Virus record (IMG/VR): IMGVR_UViG_3300044856_000108
Span: 1 to 43,331 of that record
DNA: 43,331 nt
Direction: 5' to 3' (one strand)
Source: a virus
In this document: positions 32,603 through 41,401 of the stretch, one piece after another
How the letters are laid out: the number at the start of each line of letters is the position of its first letter
Position numbering within the stretch: the stretch's first letter is position 1
Made by a program: the position numbers and the translations under genes
Notes under the pieces: model-generated
The model's database searches: none
Seen by the model: the letters and a program-made list of their open reading frames with translations, nothing else
What the model was told of the DNA's origin: nothing

Positions 32603-34154
32603 ATTCCAACATTTTGCTTAGCTTGTCGGAGTCCATTATTGAGTGTATCTTAAATCCCTCGCCATAAACTTCCCTAACGACAACCCAAGCCTTTTTGCCG
32701 TTTATCATAACTTCAAAAATGTGCGCCCTTGCGCTCGGGTCGTGTTTGTCTGCCACAAAGCCTTTATAGGTTGCGTGCTGCATAAGGCTTTCTATATCCA
32801 ACAAAGCCTCGTTCTTTGCCTCTGCATCATCGAAAGGATGATTTAGCCATTCTTTAACCTTGGCATTTGAAATTGTGGCAGTCTGTCCTATTTGTGGCAA
32901 AGCAATGCCTTTCCCAACTAACATTTCTTTAGCGAGCTGTCTTATGACTTTGCGTCTGTCTTTAGTAGCTTGCGAAAGAGGCTGCTTGACCGGTCTGACG
33001 CTAAGAGTTCGCTCCACTGCCGCCACACGGATACCAGTGTCAGCAGCTTTCAAAGCGGAATTAACCGCCTTTATGTTGTCGCGGACAAAATACGGCAGCG
33101 TGCCGCGTTGCTGGGCGGCGGCAATTCGGCTGGCGTTGTCTTGCACCCACGACGTGAAATTTTCCGGTGGTGTGGCAACATAGCGAGAGCTTCTCTTTGG
33201 ATTGTAAATTCCCTGTCGCCGCATCTTCCGTTCCTCTGCGGTCAGCAGTATGGTTTCGGTGTGACAGCGGCAATTCGGGTGCCAGCCTGTAAAGACAAAC
33301 GTCTTTGGATAATTACCGGCCAGCTCGTCGCAGATGTCGTGCAGCTCCACAATCTCTCCCTTGCTGTTTGTCGTTGTGTGGTTGTTGCTCAACACCACCT
33401 TTATGCCGACAACGAAGTCAAGCTGCTGCAAGCGCAAGTGGTCTGCCAGTCGGTAGGCAATGTTCGTTTCCGTGCCGGCAAGGCGTCGAGCGTTCTTGTA
33501 GCTGCTGCGATACACGCCTTGGCCGGGGTGGAAAGCCGCTGCGCGGCGTGACAGCTGCAAGATGCCGTGCTCGTCCCTCACGCGGCGGAATAACTTGTCT
33601 GGATTGTTGAGATACTGGCGGATTTGGCGGCTCATCTCATCGGCCGACAATCCGTCGCGAATACCGCCGTCAAGTGCAAGCTCCAGCTCGGTCTTGAACT
33701 GCTCCGTCAAATTCCACACACGCTCACTGAGGGTCATGCCACTGGCTTTGCGCTGACGGAACGCCGCCAACGCCTCGGAGTTGGTTTTGTAATAACGCCG
33801 CATCTGCTCGCCAGTCAGATTAAAGCCAAGGGCGAGAGCCACCGTGTCATCGAGCTTGTCATTGGCAAGCTGCCACTCCGCATCGATGCCGCCCTGCACG
33901 ATAGCCCTTATGTCCTTGCTCATTCGCCGCAACAAAGCCTTTATCTGCCTGTTCGCAGCGGGATAATCCTTAAAGCTGAAAATCCTATCGGTGGGCGCAT
34001 CAAACCTTATGCCTATGCGTGCAGCGTCTTGCGCAGCTGCCTTGTAAACGGCGGCAATCTGCCTCTGGTACTTGTCGAGGTGGCGGTTGTGCCTCCTCGT
34101 GTACTCGGTTTCAATTTTCGCAAGTGATTTTTGCGTGCCCTTTTCGTTGGCCAT
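32601..34154 (-). CDS. MuF/SPP1 gp7-family head morphogenesis protein with a C-terminal extension of about 120 aa
   Basis: GTETNIAYRLADHL...TGWHPNCRCHTETIL is the MuF core. The last 300 nt or so are markedly more AT-rich. Confidence 0.85.
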   Translation of the reverse strand: MANEKGTQKSLAKIETEYTRRHNRHLDKYQRQIAAVYKAAAQDAARIGIRFDAPTDRIFSFKDYPAANRQIKALLRRMSKDIRAIVQGGIDAEWQLANDKLDDTVALALGFNLTGEQMRRYYKTNSEALAAFRQRKASGMTLSERVWNLTEQFKTELELALDGGIRDGLSADEMSRQIRQYLNNPDKLFRRVRDEHGILQLSRRAAAFHPGQGVYRSSYKNARRLAGTETNIAYRLADHLRLQQLDFVVGIKVVLSNNHTTTNSKGEIVELHDICDELAGNYPKTFVFTGWHPNCRCHTETILLTAEERKMRRQGIYNPKRSSRYVATPPENFTSWVQDNASRIAAAQQRGTLPYFVRDNIKAVNSALKAADTGIRVAAVERTLSVRPVKQPLSQATKDRRKVIRQLAKEMLVGKGIALPQIGQTATISNAKVKEWLNHPFDDAEAKNEALLDIESLMQHATYKGFVADKHDPSARAHIFEVMINGKKAWVVVREVYGEGFKIHSIMDSDKLSKMLE

Positions 34155-34169
34155 GCTTCGGTGGTGGGA

Positions 34170-34406
34170 TTAACGGTGTTCAAACTCCGGGCATTGTGGG
34201 TCGTTTAGGAACTTGCACCACTTGCCGTGCCCGGTGCGCACATCGAGCTTGCAGCGGCACAAAATCAAATGGCCATCAATGGCCTTGCTGTGCCAATCGT
34301 AGCTGTGACGGCAGTCGCGGCAGTGGAATAGCTCCACCGCCGTTGCCTGCTGCCGCCATGCAGTTTGTGCCTTTTTTGCCATGATTTCTATGATTTCTAT
34401 CGTCAC
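34170..34406 (-). CDS. small Cys-rich, zinc-ribbon-like protein
   Basis: FHCRDCRHSYDWHS...LILCRCKLD...KWCKFLNDPQCPEF. It has an ATGA overlap with the portal stop. Confidence 0.5.
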   Translation of the reverse strand: MTIEIIEIMAKKAQTAWRQQATAVELFHCRDCRHSYDWHSKAIDGHLILCRCKLDVRTGHGKWCKFLNDPQCPEFEHR

Positions 34407-35791
34407 TCGGCGAATCCAATTGCGTCAACTCGGCTTTCTTCCCTTATCTCGTCCATTGTGGCATCGGGGTCTGCACTTATCCCAAGCTGCTGTATGGCCT
34501 CCTTTTGGCTCATCACCGGCTTGCCTCCAGTTGCGGTCGAAAGCCAATTCACTTGGTCTGCACGGTCTGTTATCGAGAATGGTGTTATCTCCGTCTCCAC
34601 TCCCAGCTCGTCAATGTCTTTGGCATAGCTCTCTCCGAGGGCGGCTTTTAGGAACGCCTTTACAACATTCGTTTCACGGTCGAAGAACTCCAGCAATCTG
34701 CCGCTTTCATCTTTCACTTTCATCTGTGCATCGATGAACAGCTGCTTGCGGCTTTCACCGGAAAGGGCGATGCTGCTCATCTTCTCATAGCTCCAGTCGG
34801 GGAGTTGCAGCTGCGTGAAGAATATCGAACGCAACTCGTTGGTGTAGTACTTTAAGTTCTCAACGGCTTGCTGCCATGTGACGTACTGCGCAGTGCTCCC
34901 TTGCGGATATTGCATGACGGCGCGGAAAGCCTTGTTCGGACTTTCTTCATCACCGTACTTGATTACTTGGTCTGAGAAGACGATGAACAACGGCTTGCTG
35001 TTCTCGCGCAAGTAGTTGCCATCGCGGCTTAAGCACCACTCAATTTCATACACGAGAGGCGAGGACTGCTCCCAAATCGGTGCTGGCCGCCACGCATAGA
35101 TAGCCGGGATTTTGCCAATCGTCGTGAATTCGCTCTCGTCCTCCGCCCACTGGCCGGGCGCATTGCTCCACTTGATGTGACGGTCCTTTGTGAAACAGTC
35201 AAAGTATTGCACGGTCGAGCGGCCGACCTTGCGGCTGTAGCCTATGCTAAGCGCTATCATGTCCCCGTATTCGTCAAAGAGGGGATAAAGCTCATCGCCG
35301 AGCATTGGGGAGAAGTTGCGGCAGCGGATTTTCAAACGACTGCTGAAGCCGTAGTCGTTGTTCGGCTGCTCGACGGCATACCACAAGGTTATCACTTCGC
35401 AGCCTGCGAAGAGCATGTTCAATCGCTCCACATTAACACTATTTATCCGGTTACGGTCGTAGATTGCCTCCATGTAGCCGGCTATCATGCTTTGCCGCTC
35501 AGTCTTCGGCTTGTAAATTCGCTTCGGCGGAATGCCGCACACCAACTCCGTCATTCGCTTCGTCGCAAGACGTTGCAAGTCGCACGGAACTCTTGTCACA
35601 TGAGTAATCCCATTGTCGTCAACGATGTCGGGGTACTCAGATTTGTTCATTACAGGGTGCAGCCGTGGGTCGTATTCTTTCCGCAACCCATTCTCGCCAC
35701 CCCACATTGGGACAACAATGGTCTTATTCTTCAGCGCGGCGATGATTTCTTCGATTGTGCCACCACCATTCAGGATTTCTTCGATTGTCAT
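34403..35791 (-). CDS. portal protein
   Basis: 462 aa, directly downstream of the large terminase and upstream of MuF. Confidence 0.7.
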   Translation of the reverse strand: MTIEEILNGGGTIEEIIAALKNKTIVVPMWGGENGLRKEYDPRLHPVMNKSEYPDIVDDNGITHVTRVPCDLQRLATKRMTELVCGIPPKRIYKPKTERQSMIAGYMEAIYDRNRINSVNVERLNMLFAGCEVITLWYAVEQPNNDYGFSSRLKIRCRNFSPMLGDELYPLFDEYGDMIALSIGYSRKVGRSTVQYFDCFTKDRHIKWSNAPGQWAEDESEFTTIGKIPAIYAWRPAPIWEQSSPLVYEIEWCLSRDGNYLRENSKPLFIVFSDQVIKYGDEESPNKAFRAVMQYPQGSTAQYVTWQQAVENLKYYTNELRSIFFTQLQLPDWSYEKMSSIALSGESRKQLFIDAQMKVKDESGRLLEFFDRETNVVKAFLKAALGESYAKDIDELGVETEITPFSITDRADQVNWLSTATGGKPVMSQKEAIQQLGISADPDATMDEIREESRVDAIGFAE

Positions 35792-35807
35792 GAACTTATA
35801 CTTTTGT

Positions 35808-37391
35808 TTATCGACCTATCATCTTGGCCAATCGGCCAAGGTCAATATGCCTTTGTTTGTAAATCGGATAGAATGTGTTCGCGAAAGCGTCGAACTTGTC
35901 GGGGCTTCGTCCGAGCCTCTTCTTGATGTCCTCTTTCGGCTCAATAAAGATGCGGCCGTCAGACTTGAACGACCATTTTATCTCCGTCGCCTCCTCGTCG
36001 AATTGGGAGTCCGGCGGCAGCATCGCCCCGGTCTCATTCTTCGGATTTAGCCAGTCGCGGACTGCCCAAAAGAGGTAGGCTCGCATGTTCGAGAACTGGT
36101 ACTGTCCGGTCACGTCCGTAAGGGGCGCATCGCGGTAGCCCTTTGCTCCGGCGGAGTACTTGCAGCTGATGATGTAGTTGCCAGCAGCCTGTCCTTCAAC
36201 CTCCATGCAGCGGCTGTACACGCCAGCCCCCTCACCAATGGTGTCAATAGACACGTACAAGTCCGGCTCCTCGTGGCGTGCTGCCATGATTTTGCCGGCG
36301 ATTTTCATGTGGTCAGCCTGACCACCGCTATTGTGCGTGTAGAAAGAGCCGGCCAATGCGCCCTTGCGTCGCACGAAGCATGTGCAGTCACGTCCCATTC
36401 CAGCCACGTCAACGCCCAACACGGCCGTATCGTTGCTAAGTGCCGTCGCACCCCTTTCTGTCCACCTCTGGTGCGCCAGTTCAAGCCACTGCAAGGGGAT
36501 AAGTGTATCCTCGGCCACCTTTGGGAACTGTCCGAGGACTTTCTTTCTGAACAAATCCTCCGGGCGATACCACTGACCATCAAATTTAAAATCGTCCATC
36601 TCCGCCCGAACCTCATCACGCTTGATTGGAGTACACCAGCTCTTTACCTTGTCGACGACCCAATCGTAATCAACTTGCCCCGGATAAATCAGCCTGCGGT
36701 TCACTACGTTGGGCGCAGTCAACGAATTGAGGCAGAACCGCTGCCACCGGTCGGATTTCTGCGACCGAGCGGCATAGCCGACAACGGTGTTCGGATTGAA
36801 CACCAACAAGATGCGAGAATTGCCCTGCAAGTTGCCCTCTATGGCCGCGAACGTGTCGTCACTGATGCCTGTTGCCTCCGTCACGACGAACATCGTGTTG
36901 ACGGCGTGAAATCCCGACCATGCCTCATGATTGTACTCGTCGGCTTTGAAGCCGGTGAGAAACCACTCCTCGTTCCCGGTGCGAATGTCGTATGCGTTCA
37001 GCTTGCCCGGAAGAATGAAGCCCCTTTTCTTCGCGCGGTTGAACAAACGGCTGATTTCCGGCATCATGATGTTCTTGACTTGTCGGTCGGTGGGGGCGGT
37101 GAGAGCGACCTTGGTGTTCTGCACCAGCTCACCCTTTGAGTTCCAACGAGGAGTGAGGTAGAGAAAAGCGACGGCGATGCACGCAGCCACATAGTCCTTG
37201 CCACGAGCCGTGCCGCTGCGCACTGACACACGGTGGTTGTGCTGCACGGCCGAGACGATAGCCCTTTGTTCACTGTCGAGCGTGACGCCCAGAACCTCGG
37301 AGATGAAAGAGTTCCAGTCGCTCCGCCAAGATGCGAACAAAGCCTTTGCTTTGGCTTGCGCCGATTGCCGTTGTGCTGCGTCCACTGCCAT
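35808..37391 (-). CDS. terminase large subunit
   Basis: SVRSGTARGKD is Walker A-like, LLVFNPN is Walker B-like, and GVDVAGMGRDCT matches the nuclease-domain pattern. Confidence 0.8.
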   Translation of the reverse strand: MAVDAAQRQSAQAKAKALFASWRSDWNSFISEVLGVTLDSEQRAIVSAVQHNHRVSVRSGTARGKDYVAACIAVAFLYLTPRWNSKGELVQNTKVALTAPTDRQVKNIMMPEISRLFNRAKKRGFILPGKLNAYDIRTGNEEWFLTGFKADEYNHEAWSGFHAVNTMFVVTEATGISDDTFAAIEGNLQGNSRILLVFNPNTVVGYAARSQKSDRWQRFCLNSLTAPNVVNRRLIYPGQVDYDWVVDKVKSWCTPIKRDEVRAEMDDFKFDGQWYRPEDLFRKKVLGQFPKVAEDTLIPLQWLELAHQRWTERGATALSNDTAVLGVDVAGMGRDCTCFVRRKGALAGSFYTHNSGGQADHMKIAGKIMAARHEEPDLYVSIDTIGEGAGVYSRCMEVEGQAAGNYIISCKYSAGAKGYRDAPLTDVTGQYQFSNMRAYLFWAVRDWLNPKNETGAMLPPDSQFDEEATEIKWSFKSDGRIFIEPKEDIKKRLGRSPDKFDAFANTFYPIYKQRHIDLGRLAKMIGR

Positions 37392-37403
37392 TGCTTCGTA
37401 TTA

Positions 37404-37982
37404 TTATTGTTGCTGTTCGTCGGTAGCGTTATCATCGATTACCCCGGTCTGCATGAGCAGATTTGCAAACGTGAGTTCACCGGCAAGCTCGTGCTGCTCC
37501 GGCTTGTAAAGACCAAGCAGTTTGCGACGTTCCACGAGCAACTTGTTTATCAAATCAAGATACCGGGGGTCACCATAGCAGATAACCTCCTCTTTCTGCT
37601 GTTCAACTCTGGTTGTGGTCACATCGCTACCGCCGCCGCCGTCGCCCATTGTCCCTTGCTGCTTGGCTTTCTTCCTCTCGTAGTCGCGCTTGCTCTTGTC
37701 CCATGCTTCCCAAGCCTCTTTCACAAGGTCGTCGATGCGGTTGAGCTCCAGCTGTACACTAAGGTCGATGTTCTCGATGCGCGCTTCTCTCCACTCGGCA
37801 AGAAGCCTCTGCACGTCCTTGTGCACCGTGCGCAGAGAGTACGTCGCCAAGTCGAGGCGAGCCATCACCTCCTCTCGGATTGCGCGATAGGAGTAGCCCC
37901 TCTTGTAAAGAGTGGCCACGATGTCGAGCCGCAAGGTCTGCATCTTCTCTTGACGCTTTTTCTTATTCGGGACTGCGCTCAT
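37404..37982 (-). CDS. terminase small subunit candidate
   Basis: The ATG at 37980-37982 overlaps the upstream stop as ATGA. LYKRGYSYRAIREEV is HTH-like, followed by a coiled-coil. Confidence 0.55.
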   Translation of the reverse strand: MSAVPNKKKRQEKMQTLRLDIVATLYKRGYSYRAIREEVMARLDLATYSLRTVHKDVQRLLAEWREARIENIDLSVQLELNRIDDLVKEAWEAWDKSKRDYERKKAKQQGTMGDGGGGSDVTTTRVEQQKEEVICYGDPRYLDLINKLLVERRKLLGLYKPEQHELAGELTFANLLMQTGVIDDNATDEQQQ

Positions 37983-38257
37983 AGTTCTTTTGTCAGCTTC
38001 AGGAATTCTTGATAAAATTCCAAGTTGCAACTTGAAAGCTCGATATAACTTTTGCCGAACTCAGGGAATGTGTGGACGGCGAAGTGGCTTTCTGTCAAGA
38101 GCCACAGGGCGGTGTAGCCCTGAGGCTGAAAATGGTGGTCAGTGAAGCAGAGAACGTTGAACCCTGACGTTCTCAGGGCTTCATCGAAAATGTCCCTGAG
38201 ACGCTTCGGGTCGGTCTCTGTTATCCACTGAGAGAAATTCCAAATCTTTGCTTGCAT
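37979..38257 (-). CDS. S-adenosylmethionine decarboxylase-like (pyruvoyl-dependent SpeH/SpeD class) small protein
   Basis: LRDIFDEALRTSGFNVLCFTDHHFQPQGYTALWLLTESHFAVHTFPEFGKSYIELSSCN parallels the bacterial SAM decarboxylase (AdoMetDC) core ...[25 protein letters not shown], including the ES/H self-cleavage motif. That motif is encoded at 38084-38092. Confidence 0.65.
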   Translation of the reverse strand: MQAKIWNFSQWITETDPKRLRDIFDEALRTSGFNVLCFTDHHFQPQGYTALWLLTESHFAVHTFPEFGKSYIELSSCNLEFYQEFLKLTKEL

Positions 38258-38268
38258 GGCGTTTCTGT

Positions 38269-39849
38269 TTACTCTGTTTCACTCTCTGAACCCGTCTCGC
38301 CCGATTCAGTCTTTGACAGGTCTTCTTCGGTGTACTCAATCTTCGGGAACTCTTTCTTGATTTGCTTTGGGTCGCCCTTGAAAAAGACAAGGACGTTCTG
38401 GTGCATTTTTGCGACTTTGCGTGTGTCCATCGTGCGCCCTGCTCGCATAGCTGTCGAGGCGGCAGGCTCCACAAGGATAAGCTCATTGTAGAGGCTCATT
38501 CCGCCAGCGGCGAAGATGCGCTTTATATCGCCACAAAAATCGTAGTAAAATCCAGTGCGCTTATCCCTTACGTCACCAACGACGATGACGGCGAAGCGGT
38601 TTTCTTTCAAACAGCCAATGGCTGCTGTGAACGCATTGCGGAGTATCATCATAAACTCCTCGTAAGAGCCTTGGTTGCTCGCATCGTTGGGGAGGTCAGA
38701 GTACTTTTCGAGGTCGAAGTACGGCGGACACGAGAAAAGGAGGTCTTGACTCTCGGACTCAATGTGCTGCGCCACGTTCTGGCCGTCGTCGCAGATATAC
38801 CGAGCCGTCATTCCGGCAGCACGCCTGTTATTCAAAGTCGCTTGCTCCTTTCTCAGTTCAATGCCCACAAAGTCATGTCCGACGTAAGCGGACACAAATC
38901 CGAATACGCTGTCGCCGGCGAAGCAATCGAACACCTTTGCCCCCTTAGCTGGGGTGAACCACTTGCAGATTATCTCCGAAAGCACCGGGTCGAGTAGCGA
39001 GACACCTTTTGCAAGCACTTTGCTTGCGGCTCGCTCTTTAACATCGTCTGAGACATACTTGTCGAGGTATTCCTTGAACGACACTCCGAGCTGCTCTCTT
39101 TGCGTTCGCGACTGTTTATAAATCTCCTTATACTTGATTTCTGGTGATTGTATAAGTGTGTCTTGACGGCTCTCTCCCATATCGCCAATTATCCCTCGCC
39201 ATAGCCTCTTTCTCGACTGCCAATACCCCTTTCTTGTGTCAAGCACGGAAAACGGCGGAATGACAAATCGGTCACAAAGAGAACCATAGGTCTGGCTGCT
39301 ACCCTCTGCGGCAGTTCCTCCGGCTTCCTTGCTCTCACATTCATTCTTGCCAGCGCTGCCGTCTTTAACGTCCCAGTTCCACAAGTCCAGTCCCCAGTCC
39401 TCAAGCTGTGGCGTGTCCCAGTCGTTGGCAAGGGCATCGTAATCCCATTGGCCGAAGCTCACGTTGTCCTTTATGATGAACTGCCGCCGCTCGCTCTCTG
39501 TAAGTGTGCTGCCGTCAATGACTGCCACTGTCGGAGATTGCAGCCAGTTGCCCCAGTATTCGACTAACCTCTGCTTCTCGTCGTGCGCACTTGCGGCATA
39601 CTCCGGGGTGGAGGCCAGCCGCTGCGCGACCTCGTCGGGAGACATCTTCGCAATGGCCTGCAACGCATTGAGCCGCATATTGCCACCGAGTGCCGTAAGC
39701 TGGCCGTCAACGACAACAGGGCGGATTGCAAGCATCTCTGGGAAGACGAGCAGTGAGTTCACCAGCTTCTGGAACTTGTCTTTTGAAATTGTGCGAGGAT
39801 TCGCCTTGTTGATTTTGACCTGCGAGAGCTTCAGTGAGGTTGTGTTCAT
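38269..39849 (-). CDS. ParB-like N-terminal domain fused to a DNA methyltransferase (N6A/N4C type)
   Basis: IRPVVVDGQLTALGGNMRLNAL is the ParB GxxR box. VFDCFAGDSVFG is motif I and FSCPPYFDLE is motif IV. I prefer the ATG at 39849 (MNTTSLK) because a TAnnTTTG box lies at 39868-39875. Confidence 0.8.
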   Translation of the reverse strand: MNTTSLKLSQVKINKANPRTISKDKFQKLVNSLLVFPEMLAIRPVVVDGQLTALGGNMRLNALQAIAKMSPDEVAQRLASTPEYAASAHDEKQRLVEYWGNWLQSPTVAVIDGSTLTESERRQFIIKDNVSFGQWDYDALANDWDTPQLEDWGLDLWNWDVKDGSAGKNECESKEAGGTAAEGSSQTYGSLCDRFVIPPFSVLDTRKGYWQSRKRLWRGIIGDMGESRQDTLIQSPEIKYKEIYKQSRTQREQLGVSFKEYLDKYVSDDVKERAASKVLAKGVSLLDPVLSEIICKWFTPAKGAKVFDCFAGDSVFGFVSAYVGHDFVGIELRKEQATLNNRRAAGMTARYICDDGQNVAQHIESESQDLLFSCPPYFDLEKYSDLPNDASNQGSYEEFMMILRNAFTAAIGCLKENRFAVIVVGDVRDKRTGFYYDFCGDIKRIFAAGGMSLYNELILVEPAASTAMRAGRTMDTRKVAKMHQNVLVFFKGDPKQIKKEFPKIEYTEEDLSKTESGETGSESETE

Positions 39850-39935
39850 AGTTTGTGCGTTTTTGCGCAAAAATACACTAATTTGTTTACATATTAGGCG
39901 TTTATATCAAAAAAACGCATTAAAACGTGTAAAAA

Positions 39936-39973
39936 TGACAAAAAACAAGGGCAACCCTAAATGAGTTGCCCTT
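39936..39973 (-). terminator. rho-independent terminator
   Basis: Minus strand: AAGGGCAAC-9 nt-GTTGCCCTT followed by GTTTTTTGTCATTTTT. Confidence 0.65.
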
Positions 39974-39994
39974 GTGATGATAATCGGCCGCTGG

Positions 39995-40198
39995 TCACTT
40001 GTGACGCAGCAACTCTTTAATTTCGATTTCGACTTTCTTGTTGGTAAAGTGGGGCTTTGTCGCCCCCAGAACATTGCGGAGGGAGTTGTAGTTGACCCCG
40101 ATTTCGCTCTCGTCGATGTAGTCGTAGATTGCCCGAATCGAGCCGAAGCACCAGCTCTCACCGGTGCTTCGCATTGTCAAGTGCACAACTTTTGTCAT
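39995..40198 (-). CDS. hypothetical small protein
   Basis: 67-aa ORF overlapping the upstream stop. Confidence 0.5.
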   Translation of the reverse strand: MTKVVHLTMRSTGESWCFGSIRAIYDYIDESEIGVNYNSLRNVLGATKPHFTNKKVEIEIKELLRHK

Positions 40199-40764
40199 TT
40201 CACCTCCCGAAGTCCAAGCACAAATCTGTGACCGTCGCTGTCGGTGTAGTCAAAATCGTCTGTGGACGCATTGTCGATGAACTCAAGCCTCCTGTTAAGG
40301 ACTGTGGCATAACCGTCCATGTACATACCGGGGTCCAAGAGCTCGTCTGCGTTGTCGTGAATTTCAGCGATTGCTTCCGCATCATCTTCATCGTCCTCGT
40401 TGTAATCCTCAAGGGCGTTGCTCAACATTGCAGCCAGCTCCCTTTCGTCTGGGGCGCTGCGCAACACATATTCTGCACCTTTGTACTCATACTCTTCAAG
40501 AATATCCGCGTCGTTGCGCCCAATGCCAGAGGTAAGCCACTTGCCCTTATACGTCACGCACCAATCGGCGTGATATGAGTTATAGCTCTTGTCCGCAACC
40601 ACGAACTCCAGACCATATTTTTCGGCAATCTCATTGGCTTCATTCAAGTCTGTGAAGCCAACGAGAATGTAATTCCCTCTACAAGGATTGTTGCTTACAT
40701 TCAACAAATCGAGGCAATACTCATTGGCTACATCATCAATGTCAAATTCTTCTGTTCTTTTCAT
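40195..40764 (-). CDS. highly acidic hypothetical protein
   Basis: I prefer the ATG at 40762-40764 (MKRTEEFDIDD...). It has runs such as EDYNEDDEDDAEAIAEIHDNADELLD. It is the first gene after a promoter-like gap. Confidence 0.55.
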   Translation of the reverse strand: MKRTEEFDIDDVANEYCLDLLNVSNNPCRGNYILVGFTDLNEANEIAEKYGLEFVVADKSYNSYHADWCVTYKGKWLTSGIGRNDADILEEYEYKGAEYVLRSAPDERELAAMLSNALEDYNEDDEDDAEAIAEIHDNADELLDPGMYMDGYATVLNRRLEFIDNASTDDFDYTDSDGHRFVLGLREVK

Positions 40765-40811
40765 AACTTTAATTTTTTTGTTTGTTGATTGTTTTTTGTT
40801 CTTAATTACAC

Positions 40812-40847
40812 TGCAAATATATTGCATTTGTTTGTTATATGCAATAT
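40812..40847. promoter_or_regulatory. operator-like inverted repeats overlapping a -7 box
   Basis: The palindrome TGCAAATATATTGCA lies at 40812-40826. ATATTGCAT (40819-40827) is inverted as ATGCAATAT (40839-40847). The minus-strand TATATTTG lies at 40814-40821. Confidence 0.45.
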
Positions 40848-40888
40848 TTATACAGTATTTTTTCAAAAAAAATCAACAAAGCGCCGAC

Positions 40889-41401
40889 TTATTCAGCCGA
40901 GAGAGGCAATCCTGCCCACGTCCATGCCAGCAGAGCCGCGTCACGTCCCTCTTGATTTGTCCTGTTGCGTAGCGGCAAGATGCGTATGATTTCCTCCTGT
41001 GTGATTTTGCCGCCCTTGCCTCGCCACAGCTTTATGCCCCCTCTGGCTGTAAGCGGCAACGGTCTAACAAGGGAGAATGGGATTTGCCAGTGTTCGCACA
41101 TTTCCGCAATCTTGCGGCCTGTCTCATGATTGCGCCCAACGTGGTTGCCTTTGGCTGCGGCAGCGGCCTTTGAGTCGCGGCACAACAGATGCCAGTTTGA
41201 GCGGTTCAGCCAGCCGGCCTCTATTATGACGTGCAGCGGCCTGCCCTGCGTATCGGCTTCACGCTTCGTGCTGCGCAAGTAGTCGAGCAGGTCGGGGAAC
41301 GGCATTGTGGTGGCTTTCACGCTTCGTGCTGCCACGTCAACGCAAGCCACCCCATTCGCCGTCACGTCAGGGTCAATGCCTATGACAATTTGCTGTGCCA
41401 T
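40889..41401 (-). CDS. RuvC-like Holliday junction resolvase candidate
   Basis: MAQQIVIGIDPDVTANG..., HVIIEAGW and GRDAALLAW supply Asp, Glu and Asp in a RuvC-like order. Confidence 0.55.
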   Translation of the reverse strand: MAQQIVIGIDPDVTANGVACVDVAARSVKATTMPFPDLLDYLRSTKREADTQGRPLHVIIEAGWLNRSNWHLLCRDSKAAAAAKGNHVGRNHETGRKIAEMCEHWQIPFSLVRPLPLTARGGIKLWRGKGGKITQEEIIRILPLRNRTNQEGRDAALLAWTWAGLPLSAE

